The notes under the pieces: generated by a model
The model's input: only the letters and a program-made list of their open reading frames with translations
Databases searched by the model: none
Told to the model about the DNA's origin: nothing
Shown here: positions 58,164-64,000 of the stretch, piece by piece
Position numbering within the stretch: position 1 is the first letter of the stretch
How the letters are laid out: every line of letters starts with the position of its first letter
Translations under genes and position numbers: made by a program
Assembly: GCA_027322285.1 (NCBI GenBank)
Contig: DAHVRV010000001.1
Coordinates: 42,367 to 106,366, forward strand
Origin: Actinomycetota bacterium
GTDB taxonomy: Bacteria; Actinomycetota; Acidimicrobiia; Acidimicrobiales; Acidimicrobiaceae
Reading direction: 5' to 3'
Length of the DNA stretch: 64,000 bases

Positions 58164-59254
58164 GCCGTTACTCTTGTCTCAGCCATTGCGCTTTGATATC
58201 TGCGGCTGCTTGGGGCAAGATCACGTCTAAATCGAAGCATTGCCAGTGCCAGAACAACTATGGCAAGAATAGCCAACAGTACCATCGGCTCTAGTAGCGC
58301 GGCTATGGACATTCCTTTGAGCATGACCCCCCGACTTATATCAATGAAATATGTCAACGGCAGAATGTACGAAATCCAGCGCACGCCGACGGCCATCGAA
58401 CTGATCGGAAAGATGAGTCCGGAAAGGAGTATTTGCGGCAACATGACCATGAATGCCAGTTGAATCGCCTGGCCCTGGTTCTGGGAAATGGTTGATATCA
58501 GTACTCCCATCCCGAGGGTAACAAGCAGGAAGAAAACTGCCCCAAGTGCGAATACTGCGACATTGCCAACAAAGGGAACGCCAAACAACAAAATTCCGAC
58601 TGCAATTATCACGATGAGGTCCAGCGATGCCACTATGAAGTACGGGACGATCTTGCCCGCTATGACGTCCCATGGACGCAGTGGCATCACGGCGAGTTGT
58701 TCCAGAGTTCCACTCTGGCGTTCCCGCACTACGCCGAGGCTCGTGATCAGCGTGCCGATGAAGACGAGTATGAGACCGGCGAGACCGGGTACCAGCACCC
58801 ATGAAGTATTCAATCTGGGATTGTACAGAATGCTGAAGCTCAGCGGTGAAGCTGTCCCTGAGGCTCTGGCCGCTTGAGCCATTCTCCCTAAGGCGGCCTC
58901 TGCCGTTTCTGTCGAGAAAAGTTGAGTCCCATCCATTAGAACCTGTGTTGTTCCTGGTTCGGCGATGAATGCCGCCTCTGCTCTGCCGTTGAGCAGACGC
59001 GACTTGGCAGTGGATATTCCTAATTTGGGATCAGTTTCGACAACGCGAAAGGGTGCCTTAAGTTGTGCAGCAACCGTCATGGCTTGCGGGCCGACCACGA
59101 CTGTAGAAATCTTGGATACCGTGAAGTTGGCTGCATACCCGAATATGACCAGCATCAATACCGGCAGCACGATCATCATGGCGAATGTTCGATGATCCCG
59201 CCTGAGCTGCCGGAATTCCTTCACTGTCATTGCCCACATAGCCGTACTCCTCAA
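58160..59254 (-). CDS. ABC-2 type transporter permease
   Basis: 364 aa. One N-terminal TM, a large extracytoplasmic loop, then five or so C-terminal TM segments, as in the ABC-2/YhhJ family. 4-nt overlap with the ATPase gene. Confidence 0.8.
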   Translation of the reverse strand: MRSTAMWAMTVKEFRQLRRDHRTFAMMIVLPVLMLVIFGYAANFTVSKISTVVVGPQAMTVAAQLKAPFRVVETDPKLGISTAKSRLLNGRAEAAFIAEPGTTQVLMDGTQLFSTETAEAALGRMAQAARASGTASPLSFSILYNPRLNTSWVLVPGLAGLILVFIGTLITSLGVVRERQSGTLEQLAVMPLRPWDVIAGKIVPYFIVASLDLIVIIAVGILLFGVPFVGNVAVFALGAVFFLLVTLGMGVLISTISQNQGQAIQLAFMVMLPQILLSGLIFPISSMAVGVRWISYILPLTYFIDISRGVMLKGMSIAALLEPMVLLAILAIVVLALAMLRFRRDLAPSSRRYQSAMAETRVTA

Positions 59255-59364
59255 CTAGCCAATATTCGATTAATTCTACTGCTGTTGAATTATTGTCGTC
59301 AACCGTTGAATCTCCGGGAACGGCAAATAAATAGGCTTGCTATTTCACTGGGAATTTGCAAAGA

Positions 59365-61131
59365 TCAATCATATAAACCCTCGATAAACCATTTTCCATC
59401 TCTACTTTTAACCAATAAGGCGCCGATGTCATCGGTTACTATCTGGATCCTGACAACCTTGGTTGAATGTTCCGGGTCCCACCACTTCTCCATCATCGGC
59501 CACGGAGAAGACCACTCCAAAACTCTTGCTTTTTTCTCTGAAACCTTCACTTCCATCCAATAAGGCTCACCGCGCAAAATAACATCCGCCAAAACCATTA
59601 CCGATATCCCCTCTTTGGTCAAAATCGACACCTCTACTTCTGAATCAAAACAAATCGCTGGGGATGACCCCAATAATCTTCCTGGCCACGGTGGTTCTTC
59701 CTTTGCCTTTTTATTCCTTGACTCGTCAAGATCGAAAAGATGAAGTTGCCATGGCACCATCTCGACGCTTCCCTTTAGAGTCCTGGATCCCTTTATCTTT
59801 GCGACAGATGCCCTTTCCCCGACAATTGCGTCAACTCTTGAAAGGGCCTGAGACACCTTGGCAATAGAAGACCTTTCGCTGCCGTCAAGATCAAGTTGGC
59901 GCCTTAGGGCCGAAACGATTCTTTGGGGTTTCAGTTCAACGACCTCTATTCCAGCTGACGGAGCTAGCTTCGGGTCAAAAGACCATGATTCAAGCTGCCA
60001 TCTGATACGCTCCAAAAGAAGCTGGACGGAAAATCCATCTTTGACTCCCCAATCCCTGATCGACTCCTCTCCATTCTCGCTCATAAGCCGCACCCTCATG
60101 ATTTGGCAAAAATAACCCTTTTCCAGAAGATGCTCAAGCATCTCTTCGACCCTCGCCTTGCAGACGAAGACCACGGCAGAGGCAACTTCCAAAGATTCAG
60201 ATAGCTCGATTTTTTGACTGAAATCCTCTTTGATCTCACTGGTCTCAAGCGCAGAAGTGTCCAATCCTCCAGCCATTCGGTGTAAAAGTGCGCCTCTAGC
60301 TCCAAAACGTTCCATCACCCGATAAAAGTCAAGACTTGCGAACTCCCCTAAAGTTCTCACTCCCAAACGATCGAGGGTATCGGCTATATCCCCATCAGGA
60401 AGTTCACTGATGGGGAATGGAGCCAGAAAAGAACTGCTCTCCCCGGGGGGAACTAGTAAGGAGTCCCTGGCCGCAATCCGTGCAGTGAAAATCCCATCAG
60501 CCATAGAGACGCCAAAGGAGAACACCGAACCCCTGCCAAAAACATCGGCAGAGTTGTTTCTCAGTTCTCCAGCTACAGGAAAAACCTCTACAATCTGGTC
60601 TTTCATTGCTTGCGTGACTTTTGATACAAGTTCTTTCTCTCCCCCAAAATATCTGGACGGACCTCTGGCGTTGATGGCACAAGTCCCAAGATCGACAATC
60701 TCCAGGAAAGGAGAGAACTGCTCCAGCGCAATGGCAATCCTGGCAAATGAGCCGCTTGGATCAACTGCGTCGACAGGGATAACCTCGAGGCTCGGGGCTA
60801 CAGACAAAGACGCCCTTACCTTATCCCCAACTTTGATCCCGGTCATTAATGCCCTTGGTGAAACATGAACGACAATTCCCCGGTCTCCCACAACAGCCAA
60901 AGGATCAATACCCTCCAATTTGGCAGAGATAAAAGGCCAATAAAAGAATTCAACCAGGAGCACCCTGGGAGCGGTTTGCTGTTCGATTGGGTCGAAAAGC
61001 GAGTACAGAGGACGACGAAGCTTTGCTTTGGAAATCTTTTTAGACATTTGACCAGCCTGATCTAAATCGGGACCGTAATACTCTTTATCGTTCCTCCGAC
61101 CCTTCTGCTGCCCAAAGAAAGAGACAGACAC
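59365..61131 (-). CDS. imuB: ImuB, Y-family DNA polymerase-like mutasome subunit
   Basis: 588-aa ORF immediately after and overlapping imuA'. The N-terminal region (VLLVEFFYWP...VVHVSPRALMTGIKVGD) resembles the ImuB/UmuC fold without an obvious catalytic acidic triad. The true start is probably downstream of 61131 (for example ATG 61047). Confidence 0.8.
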   Translation of the reverse strand: MSVSFFGQQKGRRNDKEYYGPDLDQAGQMSKKISKAKLRRPLYSLFDPIEQQTAPRVLLVEFFYWPFISAKLEGIDPLAVVGDRGIVVHVSPRALMTGIKVGDKVRASLSVAPSLEVIPVDAVDPSGSFARIAIALEQFSPFLEIVDLGTCAINARGPSRYFGGEKELVSKVTQAMKDQIVEVFPVAGELRNNSADVFGRGSVFSFGVSMADGIFTARIAARDSLLVPPGESSSFLAPFPISELPDGDIADTLDRLGVRTLGEFASLDFYRVMERFGARGALLHRMAGGLDTSALETSEIKEDFSQKIELSESLEVASAVVFVCKARVEEMLEHLLEKGYFCQIMRVRLMSENGEESIRDWGVKDGFSVQLLLERIRWQLESWSFDPKLAPSAGIEVVELKPQRIVSALRRQLDLDGSERSSIAKVSQALSRVDAIVGERASVAKIKGSRTLKGSVEMVPWQLHLFDLDESRNKKAKEEPPWPGRLLGSSPAICFDSEVEVSILTKEGISVMVLADVILRGEPYWMEVKVSEKKARVLEWSSPWPMMEKWWDPEHSTKVVRIQIVTDDIGALLVKSRDGKWFIEGLYD

Positions 61132-61718
61132 CGTTCCTTTATGAAACCACTGCCCTTGCTCAGGCCGGAAAAACTAGATATGGAAGAGCTAATAACGTAA
61201 TCATGAGAACCGAGCCAAAGACCCTTACTTCGCGCAGTGTATATATTGAAACTTTGCTGTACCACTGCCATTATTGACTTGTTCGATCTCGCCCTGGAAA
61301 TGAGATTACGAGCCTGGGAAGAAGATATGGACCCGGGGTTGGCAATGGCAACAACCGAAAACGCTTCCATTAACACCGCGACGACCTGAGCTAAATCTCT
61401 ACCCGGATCAGGCACAGAGACGACTTTGGCCAAATCCACGCCCTTCTCAAAAGCAGCAAGAAAACCCAGATTCTCAAAACCTACCAGCGCACTCCACCTC
61501 TTTTGCATTCCGCCGGAGGACAGCAATTCAAATACAGCTGAAGTCACGCCAGAATTTGAAGCACCTCGGAACAAAACAACCGATCCCAGCTGAACTCTGC
61601 CAGCCGGGAATATCTTCGCCAGAGATCCGTCCAATTCCACATATCGTTCGCTGGCTAAAAGCTGAGGCGCCACAAATCCTGAGAGATTGCTTGTAGATCT
61701 TTCAACGGCAGCATTCAT
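61062..61718 (-). CDS. imuA': ImuA' (RecA-fold-like SOS mutasome accessory protein)
   Basis: 218 aa, first gene behind a LexA box and followed by imuB. GSVVLFRGASNSGVTSAVFELL...WSALVGFENLG resembles mycobacterial ImuA'. The call rests largely on context. Confidence 0.7.
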   Translation of the reverse strand: MNAAVERSTSNLSGFVAPQLLASERYVELDGSLAKIFPAGRVQLGSVVLFRGASNSGVTSAVFELLSSGGMQKRWSALVGFENLGFLAAFEKGVDLAKVVSVPDPGRDLAQVVAVLMEAFSVVAIANPGSISSSQARNLISRARSNKSIMAVVQQSFNIYTARSKGLWLGSHDYVISSSISSFSGLSKGSGFIKERCLSLSLGSRRVGGTIKSITVPI

Positions 61719-61730
61719 ACATATAATTTA

Positions 61731-61746
61731 TCGAACATATGTTCGG
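61731..61746. promoter_or_regulatory. LexA (SOS) box TCGAAC-ATAT-GTTCGG upstream of imuA'
   Basis: 15 of 16 positions match the palindromic consensus. Again exactly 12 nt (TAAATTATATGT on the minus strand) from the imuA' ATG. Confidence 0.75.
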
Positions 61747-61816
61747 ATAGCTAGCCATAAAGCACGGTATTCAAATAATCGATAAATGAGATCTCCTGGG
61801 ATAACCGTCAAAACAG

Positions 61817-62125
61817 GTGGCAGCATGGCTGGAACAGCTTGTTGTCGCAAATCATCTCCCGCAGAAGCTTCTGCTGATACACCAATTCGAGAGCTCGATG
61901 ATTCAAGACAAGCCTGCAGTCACAGCCCAGCCGAATCTGGCCATCGTCTTCAACATGGACGGATTTGGGAGCTGGAACGCAAAGGTAAAAAGCTACCATT
62001 TCCTGTCGGCCGATCCCAGATTCCCTCTGGGATTCAAACTCTTTTATCGGCAGGACAACCCGCTTGAGGATCCATCACATGTCCTGGCACTTCAACCCCA
62101 ACCTGTGGTAATCGAATACGAATAG
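61817..62125 (+). CDS. Short ORF, probable orphan C-terminal remnant of a larger protein (unknown family)
   Basis: 102 aa from a GTG start. The frame is closed by TAA at 61802-61804, so it cannot extend upstream. The sequence (KLLLIHQFESSMI...IVFNMDGFGSW...GFKLFYRQDNPL) looks protein-like, but there is no N-terminal domain and no SD. Confidence 0.35.
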   Translation: MAAWLEQLVVANHLPQKLLLIHQFESSMIQDKPAVTAQPNLAIVFNMDGFGSWNAKVKSYHFLSADPRFPLGFKLFYRQDNPLEDPSHVLALQPQPVVIEYE

Positions 62126-62138
62126 TTAACCAAAGCGC

Positions 62139-63980
62139 CTAAACCAAGCCGTATTCATCTTCAAGAGATCGCCACATAGCCAAGTAGGGGCCATTTCTGG
62201 CAAGAAGCTCGACATGCGAGCCCGACTCCACCACCACTCCATCTTCAATTACGACAATGCGGTCCGCTCTCGCGGCAGTTGGCAGCCGATGGGCCACAAT
62301 AACAGTGGTGCGCCCTCTTGCCAGCATCCGAAGCGCTGCATTCACTTTTGCTTCCGAAGCCAGATCAAGGTTTGCCGTAGCCTCGTCGAGAAGCAAAATC
62401 GATGGATTTGCCAAATGAGCCCTGGCCAGCGCAATTAGCTGGCGCTGGCCACCAGATAGAGCCTTTCCTCGCTCAGCGATAAAGAAGTCATAACCGCCAG
62501 GCAGTTCAGAAATAAATTCGTGGGCTCCAATCCCGCGCGCCGAGTTCTCGATCTCTTCAGGACTTGCACCAGCATTTGTGTAGGCAATATTTTCTGCGAT
62601 GGTCCCGGTGAAAAGGAACGGCTCCTGCGGAACGAATCCCAGCATGTGCCGGTATTCGCCCAGATCCAAGCTTCTCAGATCTATGCCGTCGATCGTAATT
62701 ATCCCCGACGTGGGATCATAAAATCTTTCTATCAACTTCACTACAGTCGACTTGCCGGCTCCAGTAGCACCTACCAGAGCTACCGTTTCACCGGCGTGAA
62801 TCACAAGGTTAAATCTTTTCAGCACCTCGTCAGAAGAGTTCGGATATCGAAAATGAACTGAGCTGAACTCGATGTCTCCTCGGATATTTTCCAAACGGAT
62901 TGGCGCCTTCACTTGGGGGGTCGAAACCTTGCGATCCATAAGTCTGGCAATTTGTTTCATTGACACCTGGGCCTGCTGCCACTGGTCGAACGTTTGGGAC
63001 AACTGCTGAAGTGGAGAAAAAAGCTGGTCGACGTAAAGAGAGAAGGCAACAAGGACTCCGACTTTGATGGCATGGGAATGGACCAACCCTGATCCCGCAC
63101 CAAGCACTATCGCGGACGCCAGATCAGATAGCAGCAATATAAACGGAAAGTAGATCGCGACCAGCTTTTGAGCATTGACTCTCGCGTTCCGGTAGTTGCT
63201 TGAGACCTCCGCAAAATCAGTGGAATTCTTTGCCTGCCTCCTAAAGGCCTGGCTTACCCTCACTCCCGACAACCCTTCCTGGAGATTGGCATTCACCTCG
63301 GCTATTCGCTCGCGGGCAACCGAATAGGCTGCGCTCGAAGCTCTCTGATACCAGAAAGTCGCCATGATCAGCAGAGGGACGACAGAAAGGGCATAAAGCG
63401 AAAGCCTCGGACTCATGATGACAAGTGCAATTGCAACTCCCAGAAAACTCAAGATGCTTACAAGGGCATTGATCAATCCAATCTGGAGCAAGTTTGATAA
63501 AGCATCAACGTCAGTAGTCATTCTGGTCATGATGCGTCCGCCCGACTCAGATTCGTAAAAATCCATTCCGAGGTGCTGAAGATGTGAAAATATGCGCACT
63601 CTTAGGGCAAGTAGCAGCCGCTCTGCAGTCCGGCCCGTCACATAGTTTTCCGTCCACATGACGAACATGTCCAAGACCGCAGATAGTAAAAATCCGCCGA
63701 ATGCCAAAAACAATACCGCTCTTGATCCAGCCAAGACGCCAGAGTCGAGGCCTGTCTTGGTGAAAATAGGTCCGAGAATCGTCAACCCTGTATCCAGCAC
63801 AACCAGCGCCAATCCAAAAAACAAGCTCATCCGGAACCGACTGAGTAGCTCGGAAAGCGAAAAATGGCCTCGAAACCGGGCCTGTTCTTCAAGATCTACG
63901 CCATGGTCATTTGTGGCTGGCGGAAGCTTATCCAAAGCTGCCAGGAGGTCAGGAGTTGGAGTTAAAGCAACCCCCATCAT
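62139..63980 (-). CDS. ABC exporter, fused transmembrane and ATP-binding domains (MsbA/MdlB-like)
   Basis: 613 aa. Six-helix TMD, then Walker A GATGAGKST, signature LSGGQRQ, Walker B ILLLDEATANLD. Confidence 0.9.
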   Translation of the reverse strand: MMGVALTPTPDLLAALDKLPPATNDHGVDLEEQARFRGHFSLSELLSRFRMSLFFGLALVVLDTGLTILGPIFTKTGLDSGVLAGSRAVLFLAFGGFLLSAVLDMFVMWTENYVTGRTAERLLLALRVRIFSHLQHLGMDFYESESGGRIMTRMTTDVDALSNLLQIGLINALVSILSFLGVAIALVIMSPRLSLYALSVVPLLIMATFWYQRASSAAYSVARERIAEVNANLQEGLSGVRVSQAFRRQAKNSTDFAEVSSNYRNARVNAQKLVAIYFPFILLLSDLASAIVLGAGSGLVHSHAIKVGVLVAFSLYVDQLFSPLQQLSQTFDQWQQAQVSMKQIARLMDRKVSTPQVKAPIRLENIRGDIEFSSVHFRYPNSSDEVLKRFNLVIHAGETVALVGATGAGKSTVVKLIERFYDPTSGIITIDGIDLRSLDLGEYRHMLGFVPQEPFLFTGTIAENIAYTNAGASPEEIENSARGIGAHEFISELPGGYDFFIAERGKALSGGQRQLIALARAHLANPSILLLDEATANLDLASEAKVNAALRMLARGRTTVIVAHRLPTAARADRIVVIEDGVVVESGSHVELLARNGPYLAMWRSLEDEYGLV

Positions 63981-64000
63981 TCCCCGTCCGGTTCCTTGGC
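63977..64000 (-). CDS. 3' end of an upstream CDS (probably the partner ABC exporter half), truncated by the window
   Basis: The minus strand reads ...AKEPDGE-TGA, with the stop overlapping the next gene's ATGATG start. Identity is inferred only from the usual paired arrangement. Confidence 0.3.
   Translation of the reverse strand, partial: AKEPDGE

Noticed and set aside
54892-59364. The ABC/TetR/CMD block between dnaE2 and imuB as a mobile element
   Set aside because: No integrase, transposase, flanking direct repeats or tRNA target were seen. I describe it only as an insert or rearrangement relative to the contiguous imuA'-imuB-dnaE2 cassette known elsewhere.

Overview
The window looks like a chromosomal segment of an actinobacterium-like genome. 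Supporting signs are an Mca-type mycothiol amidase, two Mycobacterium-type LexA boxes (TCGAAC-N4-GTTCGA), an imuA'-imuB/dnaE2 SOS mutasome, many GTG/TTG starts and ATGA-type gene overlaps. I saw no rRNA, tRNA, CRISPR array, transposase or integrase. Layout: (1) 1-15.0 kb is a housekeeping block: secA (partial), hpf, ahcY, PGI/PMI, Trm112, manB, a large GT-C-like membrane protein, a CPBP protease, ftsH, a YdjC-like protein, tatA, an SCP2 protein and mca. (2) 15.1-25.0 kb is a plus-strand amine-catabolism island: APC permease, GntR, three glutamate-synthase-domain proteins (GlxBCD/MgsABC-like), a glutamine-synthetase-like ligase, an FAD oxidoreductase and an aldehyde dehydrogenase. (3) 25.4-49.7 kb is a minus-strand supercluster of 20 genes plus a TetR regulator: LeuC/LeuD-like dehydratase, a LeuA/HMGL-like enzyme, IorA, an IorB-ferredoxin fusion, a four-subunit-type 2-oxoacid:ferredoxin oxidoreductase, family III CoA-transferase, crotonase, SDR, DUF35 plus thiolase, a PrpF-like isomerase, a PaaK-like ligase and a Liv-type ABC importer. 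(4) 48.3-51.7 kb is unusually gene-poor, holding only a TetR and a RidA gene. (5) 51.7-61.7 kb is the SOS mutasome, split by a TetR / ABC-2 exporter / decayed CMD-family gene insert; each half has a near-identical LexA-box promoter. (6) 62.1-64.0 kb is an ABC exporter pair. The best candidate for an undescribed system is the 25-50 kb supercluster. It has two near-identical promoter-operator units and long 5' leaders, and its gene composition does not match any pathway I can name. All functional calls rest on motif recognition in the translated ORFs; no database search was run.
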